The position numbers and the translations under genes are program-made. DNA of 29,639 nt from Candidatus Zixiibacteriota bacterium (lineage in GTDB: Bacteria; Zixibacteria; MSB-5A5; UBA10806; 4484-95), in assembly GCA_037441845.1 (NCBI GenBank), contig JBBIRK010000010.1:1-29639 (forward strand). Direction: 5' to 3'. Of the stretch, positions 9,098-17,826 are shown piece after piece (the first letter of the stretch is position 1; each line of letters starts with the position of its first letter). The notes below the pieces were generated by a model, which was not told the origin of the DNA, searched no databases, and saw only the letters and a program-made list of their open reading frames with translations.

Positions 9098-9173
9098 TGG
9101 TAGCGCTACGGGGAATCGAACCCCGGTTTGATGGCTGAGAACCACCCGTCCTAGGCCACTAGACGATAGCGCC
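9098..9173 (-). tRNA. tRNA-Glu (anticodon CTC)
   Basis: Reverse complement GGCGCTATCGTCTAGTGGCCTAGGACGGGTGGTTCTCAGCCATCAAACCGGGGTTCGATTCCCCGTAGCGCTACCA: 76 nt cloverleaf, loop TT-CTC-AG, GTTCGA T-loop, encoded CCA. Confidence 0.97.
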
Positions 9174-9181
9174 GTGTCCTC

Positions 9182-9209
9182 AATATAAAGCCGGCCAAGT
9201 TCATGTCAA
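9182..9209 (-). promoter_or_regulatory. Sigma70-type promoter of tRNA-Glu
   Basis: Minus strand TTGACA-N16-TATATT, ending 8 nt before the tRNA 5' end. Confidence 0.65.
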
Positions 9210-9361
9210 GGGCATTATCGACAGCTGCCGCGATTCAATTTCCTCATTGCATCGATAAGAATAGGAATCCGAGCCGCCCGTGAAACCTATAGTGATTTTG
9301 CGAAGTTATAATCGACGAATAGTTGTGATGATGATGAACCGAAAAAGAAGAGGAGAAATGT

Positions 9362-10078
9362 ATGGAAACGAACACTCAAATGCCACCAGCGGCCATGCCG
9401 CGAATCGGCGATCGCGCCCCGTCATTCAGGGCGGTTACCACTCAAGGTGAGATAATCTTCCCCGACCAATATGCCGGCAGCTGGGTCATCCTATTCAGTC
9501 ATCCGGCCGATTTCACTCCGGTATGCACCTCGGAGTTCATGACTTTCGCCACCATGGAGGAGCAGTTCGCCAAGGCGAATTGCAAACTTGTCGGTCTTTC
9601 CGTGGACGGCCTTTACAGTCATATCGCCTGGTTGAGAACGATCAAGGAAAAAATCGAATTCAAAGGAATGAAAAACGTCGAAGTGAAATTTCCCTTGATC
9701 GAGGATATCACGATGGAAGTGGCCCGCAAATATGGAATGATTCAACCCGGCGAGAGTTCGACCAAGGCGGTGAGGGCCGTGTTCGTTATCGATCCCAAGG
9801 GGATAATCAGGACGATCATATATTATCCGTTGAGTCTCGGACGGAATTTCGACGAGCTTTACCGGGTGCTGATCGCTTTGCAGACCGCGGATGCATTCGG
9901 AGTGGCAACCCCGGCTGATTGGCGTCCCGGCGATGACGTCATAGTGCCGCCGGCGGGTTCCTGCGGCGTGGCCAAGGAGCGCATGGAAAATCCGAAAGAT
10001 ATAACCTGCCACGACTGGTTTTTCTGCACCAAGAAAATCGACAAAGAAACGGTGATGAAAACGGTTTTGAAAAAGTAA
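9362..10078 (+). CDS. Peroxiredoxin (Prx6/AhpC-TSA family)
   Basis: 'FSHPADFTPVCTSEF', 'AVRAVFVIDP', 'GRNFDE', 'TPADW', C-terminal 'CHDWFFC'; RBS GAGGAG. Confidence 0.95.
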   Translation: METNTQMPPAAMPRIGDRAPSFRAVTTQGEIIFPDQYAGSWVILFSHPADFTPVCTSEFMTFATMEEQFAKANCKLVGLSVDGLYSHIAWLRTIKEKIEFKGMKNVEVKFPLIEDITMEVARKYGMIQPGESSTKAVRAVFVIDPKGIIRTIIYYPLSLGRNFDELYRVLIALQTADAFGVATPADWRPGDDVIVPPAGSCGVAKERMENPKDITCHDWFFCTKKIDKETVMKTVLKK

Positions 10079-10100
10079 ATATATCTCGGGCGAACGCTCA

Positions 10101-10133
10101 AGCACGACGGTCGAAAGCCCGCCGTGCTGTTTT
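10101..10133 (+). terminator. Probable intrinsic terminator after peroxiredoxin
   Basis: AGCACGACGG...CCGCCGTGCT hairpin (one mismatch) followed by GTTTT, 22 nt after the stop. Confidence 0.55.
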
Positions 10134-10375
10134 ATGACTCGATCACCCGGCAATTCACGTTCTATGAACGTCAATCGTTGTCGTCTTTATGCTTGTTTTC
10201 GAGATTGGAGATTTCATTGATAAAAGAGATGACAAGCGCGAAAAACACCAATATCAGAATAAATCACCACGACTGAAGTTAAGCTTTTCCCGATCAAAAT
10301 CAATACCCCCGGTTTTATTCGAGTTAAGATTTCTTGTCTTTGATGAAATCAATTCATCACGCAATCAACATCGAA

Positions 10376-10792
10376 TCATTTGCTTTTTCCGCCTTTTCTC
10401 TTGACAGCTGCGCCCGATTTACCGGTGCTTTCGTTCTCGGCTATACGCAATTTCACCACGTTTTTCACGATTACCTCGGACAGAGGCTTTCCGGCGGGGA
10501 AACGGATCGTGCCGGTCGAAGTGTTATAAGCCTTGAGCCTATCTTTGAGCCTCGGGATCACGGTCGAGCTCATGACATAGAAAGAGCAGTGGTCGGCGGC
10601 CATACCGAAACCGACCAGCGGCCTGCCTTTGTATTTAATCACCGGGATCCGGTAACTGATTCCCTCGGTGGCATCGGGGATGATAGATTTGATCATCCGT
10701 CGCAGCTTTTCGAGTGCTTCGCGGCCGGCCGGCGGGATCAGGTCAAGATATTCATCGATAGTAGAGTAGCTGGACTGGGCCTTGCGCATCAA
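10376..10792 (-). CDS. DUF1801 (YdhG-like) protein
   Basis: 'TIDEYL...REALEKLRRMIKSIIPDATEGISYRIP', 'HCSFY', 'GTIRFP..KPL'. Confidence 0.85.
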   Translation of the reverse strand: MMRKAQSSYSTIDEYLDLIPPAGREALEKLRRMIKSIIPDATEGISYRIPVIKYKGRPLVGFGMAADHCSFYVMSSTVIPRLKDRLKAYNTSTGTIRFPAGKPLSEVIVKNVVKLRIAENESTGKSGAAVKRKGGKSK

Positions 10793-10912
10793 TTACTTCA
10801 TTTTTCCCGGGCATGTGAAAATGCGATAATCGTCGGCACTTGGTTATCGTTTGGATATTAACGTAGGTAACTTGTTGACCAGAAACTTAATCCATCAATT
10901 CATTCCATTCCC

Positions 10913-13441
10913 CTACATTACCTCTGCGCCGTTATCCGTCGTCGAGACCTCTCCATTCCCACCATTGCTTTCACCGCCGTTGCTGGCGTCGCCGCCATTT
11001 TCTTCCGGCTCTTCTTTCTCGGCGATCCGCGCCACATCGGTGACCTGATCGTCTTTAGTCAGAGTGATCAGGCGGACACCTTGGGTGCTGCGGCCGATAG
11101 TGCGGATCTGACTGACGGATATACGATTGACTATTCCCTTCTGTGTGATCAATAGCAGCTCGTCGTCATCGACAACCTCTTTGACCGCCACCACCGGGCC
11201 GTTGCGTTCGCTGGTCTTGATATTGATTACTCCCTTGCCGCCTCTGTTGGTTACCCGGTAATCGGCGATTTCGGAACGCTTGCCGTAACCGTTTACGGTA
11301 ACTGTCAATAGTGTCCCCTCACGTTTTATCACCACCATGCCGACGACGTAGTCGTCTTTTTCGAGCGTTATGCCACGCACACCATATGCATTCCGACCCA
11401 TCGCCCGAACCTTTTCCTCGGGAAATCGAATCGCCTGGCCGAGGCGTGTAGCCAGCACGATATCGCAGGTGCCGTCGGTGAGACCGACATCGACGACCTC
11501 GTCATCATCGGGAATGGTCATGGCGATTATGCCGTCGCGCCTCGGATTCGAGAAAGCCGAAAGCTCCGTTTTCTTTATCTGGCCGATACGGGTGGCCATC
11601 ATGACGAAAGCGTTGTCTTCGAAATTGCGCACGGGAACGAATGCGGTGATCTTATCCTCTTTGTCGATCCCGATCATGTTGACGATCGGCTTGCCCTTGG
11701 CGAGTTTGCCTCCCTGAGGAACCTCGTGGACTTTCAGCCAATAGCATTTCCCCTTGCGCGTGAAAAATAGGATATATTGATGAGTCGAGGCGACAAACAT
11801 ATGCTCGGCGAAGTCCTCTTCTTTGGTTTCGATCCCCCGGGCACCGCGCGTGCCTCTCGACTGTTTGCGATAGGACGATATCGAAAGTCGTTTTATATAG
11901 CCGGCATGGGATATGGTCACGACCATATCCTCTTCGGCTATCAGATCCTCGATCGCGAAATCCTCGGTGATATCCTCCTCGAGAATCACCGTCCGCCTTT
12001 CGTCGCCGTATTTTTCTTTCAGTTCGAGAAGCTCGGTCTTGATAATGTGCATCCGCCGGGCTTTGCTTTCGAGAATGCCGCGCAGATCGGCGATCAGCTT
12101 GATCACCGCCTCGTATTCCTCCTCGATTTTTTTGCGTTCGAGACCGGTTAGGCGTTGCAGGCGCATATCGAGAATCGCCTGTGCCTGGATTTCCGATAGG
12201 CCGAAAGTTTTCATCAGCCCATCTTTGGCTTCCGCCGGCGTGGCCGATTTCTTGATCAATTCGATAACGGCATCGATATTGTCGAGAGCGATTTTGTAAC
12301 CCTCGAGGATATGCGCCCGGCGCTCGGCTTCCTCAAGCTCGAATCGAGTGCGTCGCACCACGACTTCATGGCGGTGGTCTATGAATAATTGAAGCATCTG
12401 TTTGAGGTTGAGGGTGCGCGGAACGCCCTCGACCAGTGCCAGCATATTGACCCCGAACGCCACCTGCAATTGAGTCATCTTGAACAACTGGTTGAGAACG
12501 ACATCGGCCTGGGTATCGCGCTTTAATTCGATCACGATCCGCATGCCGTCGCGATCCGATTCATCCCGCAGGTCGGCGATACCGGTTATTTTTTTGTCGC
12601 GCACCAGCTCGGCGATTTTTTCGAGCAGATTGGCCTTATTCACCTGATAGGGGATTTCCGAGACGATAATGTTTTCTTTTCCGGCTTTGGTGGTTTCGAT
12701 ATTGGCCTTGGCGCGGACGAAAAAACGTCCCCGGCCGGTGGCATATCCCTCTATCATCCCCTGGCGGCCGAATACGATCCCGCCGGTGGGAAAATCCGGC
12801 CCCTTGATGAATCGTAATAGCTCGGAGATTTCGGCCTCGGGGTTATCGATAAGGTGGGCAAGCGCATCGACCGTCTCGCGCAGGTTGTGGGGCGCGATAT
12901 TGGTAGCCATGCCCACGGCTATCCCGGCCGACCCGTTGCAGATAAGATCGGGGAATTTCGACGGCAAGACCAGCGGCTCCTTGCGCGTGTCGTCATAATT
13001 TGGAACGAAATCGACGGTGTTTTTGTCGAGATCGGCAAGCATCTCCATGGCGATCGGAGTCAGGCGTGCTTCCGTGTAGCGCATGGCCGCCGGCGCATCG
13101 CCGTCGATGGAGCCGAAATTCCCCTGCCCATCGACAAGCGGATAGCGCATATTGAAATCTTGAGCCATGCGCACAAGAGTTGGATACACGACCTGCTCGC
13201 CGTGGGGATGGTAGTTACCGGAAGTGTCGCCGCATATCTTGGCGCACTTACGGTGGGGGCGTCCCGGCGCGAGATTGAGGTCGTTCATGGCTACCAGAAT
13301 CCGGCGGTTCGATGGTTTCAGGCCGTCGCGGACATCCGGCAGCGCCCGGTTGGTGATCACCGACATCGAATAATCGATGTAGGAGCTTTTCATTTCCTCT
13401 TCAATAAAAACCGATACGATCTTTTCGGAACCCAAAGGCAT
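10913..13441 (-). CDS. gyrA: DNA gyrase subunit A
   Basis: 'RALPDVRDGLKP', 'YHPHG', 'GQGNFGSIDGD..AAMRYTEARL' (catalytic Tyr), six-bladed CTD repeats and acidic tail; GyrA-box position reads QSRGTRG. Confidence 0.95.
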   Translation of the reverse strand: MPLGSEKIVSVFIEEEMKSSYIDYSMSVITNRALPDVRDGLKPSNRRILVAMNDLNLAPGRPHRKCAKICGDTSGNYHPHGEQVVYPTLVRMAQDFNMRYPLVDGQGNFGSIDGDAPAAMRYTEARLTPIAMEMLADLDKNTVDFVPNYDDTRKEPLVLPSKFPDLICNGSAGIAVGMATNIAPHNLRETVDALAHLIDNPEAEISELLRFIKGPDFPTGGIVFGRQGMIEGYATGRGRFFVRAKANIETTKAGKENIIVSEIPYQVNKANLLEKIAELVRDKKITGIADLRDESDRDGMRIVIELKRDTQADVVLNQLFKMTQLQVAFGVNMLALVEGVPRTLNLKQMLQLFIDHRHEVVVRRTRFELEEAERRAHILEGYKIALDNIDAVIELIKKSATPAEAKDGLMKTFGLSEIQAQAILDMRLQRLTGLERKKIEEEYEAVIKLIADLRGILESKARRMHIIKTELLELKEKYGDERRTVILEEDITEDFAIEDLIAEEDMVVTISHAGYIKRLSISSYRKQSRGTRGARGIETKEEDFAEHMFVASTHQYILFFTRKGKCYWLKVHEVPQGGKLAKGKPIVNMIGIDKEDKITAFVPVRNFEDNAFVMMATRIGQIKKTELSAFSNPRRDGIIAMTIPDDDEVVDVGLTDGTCDIVLATRLGQAIRFPEEKVRAMGRNAYGVRGITLEKDDYVVGMVVIKREGTLLTVTVNGYGKRSEIADYRVTNRGGKGVINIKTSERNGPVVAVKEVVDDDELLLITQKGIVNRISVSQIRTIGRSTQGVRLITLTKDDQVTDVARIAEKEEPEENGGDASNGGESNGGNGEVSTTDNGAEVM

Positions 13442-13848
13442 CAGAAATTACTCCTTACTCGTCAGAAAAGCGAATTCGCAAATTCCCAGGCTCGACAATG
13501 CTTACGATTCAGGTTTCAGCCGCCGCAACCAGTCGCTCAATCACTGATAGCGCCGATAGCGCCGTCAATTATGCCGGCCGTTGGACAATCAAATTAATAT
13601 AGATTCAAAACCATTATATTTCAAGATATAATTATTCATTTCCGCCATTCAAACCCGTTGATTTACGGCAAGTTACGTTGTCGAGGGATATTAAGGTGCT
13701 GGATTCGGCCACGCCCCCTTACAATGCGACGTTGAGTTTGGGTCGCATGAGACGGGATTAAGGATAGATACCAGCGTTTCGAATCCACGACTTCATTAAT
13801 GGCGAGAGTTACCGATAACATATTTGATAGCATGTTGGGGAATGCATA

Positions 13849-14445
13849 ATGATAAAGACACCGGCCGGATTGACATCATCGGTTACGGCCGATGGCAAAA
13901 AGTATATATTGCAGACGGAATTCCTGACGGTGCCGGAGCCGCGGATAATCACCACGGTCGATTATCAGGGGCAGGTCATCCATAAGGTCGAGAAGTTTTT
14001 CCTTTTGCCATTGGATGATCCCGAGAGTTATTCGCAGGCGGAAAAAGCGATAAAGAGCCAGCACATTTCGGTGGCCCGGGTGATCGCGGCACGCCCTCGC
14101 GATTTCGCCGCCCGCGGGCTGGAAATAGAAGTTTCCACGGCGGACAAGCTGCGGGTGATCCCGGGAGTAGCCGAGGTGCTCGAAGTCGATGCTGAATTGC
14201 TTGCCGGCAACAAGACGACCGACATCATTCCTCAGCTCAAAGCGGCCGATCTTTCGGCGATCCGTAATCTTGTTCTCATTCTTTGCAAAAATTCGCGGCT
14301 TGGACGTTTGCGCCGAGCGGCCGGAGTGCTGGACAGCCACAAGTTTTTGCTTACCGGCACCGGCGGCAAAACTTTCCTGGTTTGCCTGAAATCGGATATC
14401 GATATCTCGCGGATCATGACGGAACTCGATGCGGTGGGGTTGTGA
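13849..14445 (+). CDS. Hypothetical protein; N-terminal 'QTE...QH' domain plus possible roadblock-like C-terminal domain
   Basis: 198 aa ORF with RBS-like GGGGA; 'GKKYILQTEF..P.IITTV..QGQVIHK...QH'; C-terminal 'LRVIPGVAEVLEVD'; TGATG overlap with the next gene. Confidence 0.6.
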   Translation: MIKTPAGLTSSVTADGKKYILQTEFLTVPEPRIITTVDYQGQVIHKVEKFFLLPLDDPESYSQAEKAIKSQHISVARVIAARPRDFAARGLEIEVSTADKLRVIPGVAEVLEVDAELLAGNKTTDIIPQLKAADLSAIRNLVLILCKNSRLGRLRRAAGVLDSHKFLLTGTGGKTFLVCLKSDIDISRIMTELDAVGL

Positions 14446-15182
14446 TGGACAGGATAATGTCCAATATCAAGATGGTTCAGGGGGTCAGCGGCGTCATGGT
14501 GGTCGATAAGGCGCGCGCCCTCACCTACCAAATGATGCCGGCCTCGATGTCTCCCGACAGCGTCAAGGAACTTGCTATCGAACTGCTTCACCTGGGGCGG
14601 ACGATAGAGAAAAATTTGTCGCTGGATATGTTTTTCGAGAGCGGTTTGGCACGTCTGTACAATCGACCGGAACAGGTGGTTTTGATTCTGGGCCGCCCCG
14701 ACATGAATTTCAACGCCTTAAGCGTAATTTGCCGCGAGGCTATTCCCGCGATCAGCCGTAAATTGTCGAAAGGACAGCTGGGGATCAGTTCGCCCGGGGG
14801 TAAAGATCATAAGGAATCGGATCTCGAATTGTTGATAAGCGCGCTGAATATAATTTCCGCAAAATGCGTGGAGAAAATCGGCGCTTATATGGTCACCCGC
14901 AATTTGCGGCGGGCCAAAGACGAATTGGCCGCGAAATATCCGATAATCACGGCGATCATGGTCGATAATAACGGCATCGTGTCGCTTATCAAGGGTATCC
15001 AGCCCGGAGTCAGCAAGGACGACCTGAAAGCTTTCGCTCATTGGGCGAATCTGTTTTTGTCTTACTGCGCCAAATCGTCGAACAAGCTCAAGCCCGAGGA
15101 TATTCTCGATCTCACCTTCGAGATCAAAGACCGTCTTGATTTAGCCGGATTTTATCAGATCTATTCCGATGTGGCGGTGTAA
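14445..15182 (+). CDS. Hypothetical protein with N-terminal roadblock/LC7-like domain
   Basis: Start reassigned to ATG 14445 (in frame with the 14283 ORF, overlapping the upstream stop). 'MDRIMSNIKMVQGVSGVMVVDK' fits the roadblock helix-GV-strand pattern. Confidence 0.6.
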   Translation: MDRIMSNIKMVQGVSGVMVVDKARALTYQMMPASMSPDSVKELAIELLHLGRTIEKNLSLDMFFESGLARLYNRPEQVVLILGRPDMNFNALSVICREAIPAISRKLSKGQLGISSPGGKDHKESDLELLISALNIISAKCVEKIGAYMVTRNLRRAKDELAAKYPIITAIMVDNNGIVSLIKGIQPGVSKDDLKAFAHWANLFLSYCAKSSNKLKPEDILDLTFEIKDRLDLAGFYQIYSDVAV

Positions 15183-15406
15183 AGGCTTCGCGTCATCGTT
15201 TCGCAAAAACATGAGGGATAGATCCAGTATATTTCTGTTGTTTCATATTCAATAGGAGCGGACTCTGACTTTTCGGCAAATGTTGAAATTACCGCCGTTG
15301 AGTACCGGCAGATATGAACGCCGGTGCGATCAATTCCGTAAAGATTGGAAATGCTTTTAGGCGCCTTATTTTATCAAGTCCCGTTGATTATTGAGCAATT
15401 TTCCCC

Positions 15407-16234
15407 CTACCCCTCGTAGCTTTCCTCCGGCCCCGGAAAAGTGCCGGCGCGGACATCGGCGCAAAATGCCCCTACCGCCCTGCGTATCTCACCGGCCAAG
15501 TCGGCGTAACGCCGCACGAATTTCGGCTTGAACTCCTCGAACAAGCCGAGCATATCCGAGACCACCAGCACTTGGCCGTCGCAACCGGCCCCGGCGCCGA
15601 TCCCGATAGTCGGCACTTTCAGCGATGCGGTGATTTCCGCGGCCACGTCCGGCATCACCGATTCGAGCACGATGGCGGAAACTCCGGCATCCTGCAGGGC
15701 CCGCGCCGATTCGAGTAGATATTCTTTCTGGCGCGGCGTTTTCCCCATCACCCGATAGCCGCCGAATTTATTGATCGATTGGGGAGTGAGGCCGATATGT
15801 CCCATGACCGGAATGCCGAGGTTGACCAGCCGCTCTATGGTTTTAGCCATCTCGGTCCCCCCCTCGAGCTTGACCGCCTTCGCTCCGCCCTCTTTGAGAA
15901 ACCTCCCGGCATTGTAAATCGCTTTGGCTATCGAGACCTGATAACTCAAGAACGGCATATCGCCGATCACCAGAGCCCTTTTCACTGCTCGGCTCACGCC
16001 GGCGCAAAGGAAAATCATTTGATCCATGGTGACGGGCAGCGTGGTTTCATGGCCGAAAAAAACCGTGCCCGCGGAGTCGCCCACGAGTATGCAATCGACC
16101 CCGACTTCATCGAGTATTTTGGCCGTAGGGAAATCGTAGGCCGTGAGCGTAACTATCTTGCGCCCTTCTTTTTTGAATTTGCGAAGGGTTTTTACGCTCA
16201 CCCGCGGCGGCTCAGCCGAAAAGCTTTGCGGCAT
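15407..16234 (-). CDS. panB: 3-methyl-2-oxobutanoate hydroxymethyltransferase
   Basis: 'LTAYD', 'ILVGDS', 'DMPFLSY', 'VKLEGG', 'GHIGLTPQ', 'IGIGAG..CDGQVLV'. Confidence 0.97.
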   Translation of the reverse strand: MPQSFSAEPPRVSVKTLRKFKKEGRKIVTLTAYDFPTAKILDEVGVDCILVGDSAGTVFFGHETTLPVTMDQMIFLCAGVSRAVKRALVIGDMPFLSYQVSIAKAIYNAGRFLKEGGAKAVKLEGGTEMAKTIERLVNLGIPVMGHIGLTPQSINKFGGYRVMGKTPRQKEYLLESARALQDAGVSAIVLESVMPDVAAEITASLKVPTIGIGAGAGCDGQVLVVSDMLGLFEEFKPKFVRRYADLAGEIRRAVGAFCADVRAGTFPGPEESYEG

Positions 16235-16730
16235 CGATCACCTTCTGCACTTTCTGGGGCGGTTTGATCTCCGCCAAGTATTCGCTTAAGCTCTTGCGGC
16301 TGACAGGATGAATCAGTCCGGCGTCCAGCTCGAGCAACGGCACCAGCACGAAAGCCCTTACCGTCAGCCGCGAATGGGGAATGCGAAGGTCGAGCGAATC
16401 GAGCTCCAGGCCGCCATAAAGCAGGATATCGATATCTATGGGGCGTGGCAGAAGATGAGTGCCTGGTTCCCTTCCCAGACTGGCCTCAATCTCCTTGATG
16501 ATTCGCAATAAAGTGTGTGGATCATGGGTGGTTTTTATCTCCACCACGCAATTGTAAAATTCGGGCTGATAGGTGACGCCAATCGGCTCGGTGAGATATA
16601 TCGACGAATGGCGGATAACGTCGATGCCGTCTTGCTGCCCGAGAATGGTAATGGCGTTGATGATGTTTTGCTTTTTGTCCCCTTTGTTTGTTCCCAGGCC
16701 GATAAAACAACTTCGTCCATGTTCGAACAA
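16212..16730 (-). CDS. folK: 2-amino-4-hydroxy-6-hydroxymethyldihydropteridine diphosphokinase (exact start uncertain)
   Basis: 'FIGLGTNKGD', 'SSIYLTEP', 'PRPIDIDILLY', 'LRIPH..L..RAFVLVPL'. Confidence 0.95.
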   Translation of the reverse strand: MFEHGRSCFIGLGTNKGDKKQNIINAITILGQQDGIDVIRHSSIYLTEPIGVTYQPEFYNCVVEIKTTHDPHTLLRIIKEIEASLGREPGTHLLPRPIDIDILLYGGLELDSLDLRIPHSRLTVRAFVLVPLLELDAGLIHPVSRKSLSEYLAEIKPPQKVQKVIDAAKLFG

Positions 16731-16732
16731 GG

Positions 16733-17107
16733 CTAACCGAACCTTTCTGTTTCAACCTCGAAGGCATCGATATTGCCGGGCACCGGCGGGTTGCGCTTGC
16801 GCACTCTAAGCTTCAGCTTCTCGACGGCGAACGAGCCGACGATTCTATCGGCAATTTTCTCAGCCAGAGTTTCGACGAGGTTATACCTGCTGTTTTCCAA
16901 CAAATCTTCGATTATTTTATAAACATCGGTGTAGTTGATGGTGTTTTCAAGTGAATCCGTGGCCACCGCCTTTTCCGCATCGAACATTATTTCACAATCG
17001 ACCTCGAACCTTCGGCCGGTTTCTTTCTCGGCCGCCGAGGCGCCGTGGAAACCGTAAAAGGTCATGTTGAGCATACGGATCGTGATCGTTCTTTTTTCAT
17101 CCGCCAT
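16733..17107 (-). CDS. folB: Dihydroneopterin aldolase
   Basis: 'FYGFHG....EK..GRRFEVD', 'DSLENTINY', 'NLVETLAE', 'KRNPP'; start placed at ATG 17107 (MADEKR), just after the upstream gene's stop. Confidence 0.93.
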   Translation of the reverse strand: MADEKRTITIRMLNMTFYGFHGASAAEKETGRRFEVDCEIMFDAEKAVATDSLENTINYTDVYKIIEDLLENSRYNLVETLAEKIADRIVGSFAVEKLKLRVRKRNPPVPGNIDAFEVETERFG

Positions 17108-17108
17108 A

Positions 17109-17747
17109 TCAAATCCCCCGCGATTGCACCAGATAGCTGGTGCCGCTTTTGGATTGTTCGATCTTTTCGAGAAGGAATTCAAATTGCTCGGGTTCGTTGG
17201 CGAAATTGACGTTTTCGGTGTTTATCACCAAAAGCGGCGTAAGGTTATAGTGGAAAAAATATTTGCTGTAGAGCTGACAAAGCTCCTTGAGATAATCGAT
17301 ATCGAAATTCCTTTCATAATTTCGTCCCCTCTTGCCGATTCTGCCGATCAGGGTTTCAGGCGATGCGGTCAGATATATCACAAGGTCGGGCAGGGGAATT
17401 TTCTTTTCCAGCAAAGATGCCACGTGATCGTACAGCGCCAATTCGTCGTTTTCGAGATTCAGGGTGGCGAATATCCGATCTTTCGGGAAAAAGTAATCAG
17501 ACACCACATGGGTGGCCAAGAGCTCGCCGGTGAAAAACTCTTGTTGCTGCTTGAACCGGGATAACAAGAAAAAAAGCTGGGTCTGGAAAGCGTAACGCCG
17601 GCGGTCCCTGTAAAATTTGCCCAAAAATGGATTGTCATCGTGGCGTTCCAACACCAGCCGTCCGGAGTATCGCGCGCACAGCATCTTGGCCAGGGTGGTT
17701 TTTCCCACGCCAATCGGACCTTCGACCGCAATATATTTGACCGGCAA
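17109..17747 (-). CDS. Deoxynucleoside kinase family protein
   Basis: P-loop 'IAVEGPIGVGKTTL', 'NPFL..FY', 'FQTQLFFLLSR', 'PDLVIYL', 'RGRNYE'. Confidence 0.93.
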   Translation of the reverse strand: MPVKYIAVEGPIGVGKTTLAKMLCARYSGRLVLERHDDNPFLGKFYRDRRRYAFQTQLFFLLSRFKQQQEFFTGELLATHVVSDYFFPKDRIFATLNLENDELALYDHVASLLEKKIPLPDLVIYLTASPETLIGRIGKRGRNYERNFDIDYLKELCQLYSKYFFHYNLTPLLVINTENVNFANEPEQFEFLLEKIEQSKSGTSYLVQSRGI

Positions 17748-17826
17748 CCAACCTCCTTTTGGCTAAATGTAGGTTATCGACGTGCAGCGCCGAAATTCCG
17801 CGGCACCACTCATCACCGAAAATAAA

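Noticed and set aside
8572..9145. Short ORFs 8572..8781, 8813..9034 and 8939..9145
   Set aside because: No recognisable motifs; one overlaps the tRNA; none resembles an integrase remnant.
13754..13763. GGGATTAAG resembling the 3' end of the CRISPR repeat
   Set aside because: Only 9 nt match, without the rest of the repeat or its stem.
14283..14444. ORF-track start at 14283 for the second roadblock-like gene
   Set aside because: It would overlap the upstream gene by 163 nt; ATG 14445 in a TGATG overlap is more plausible.
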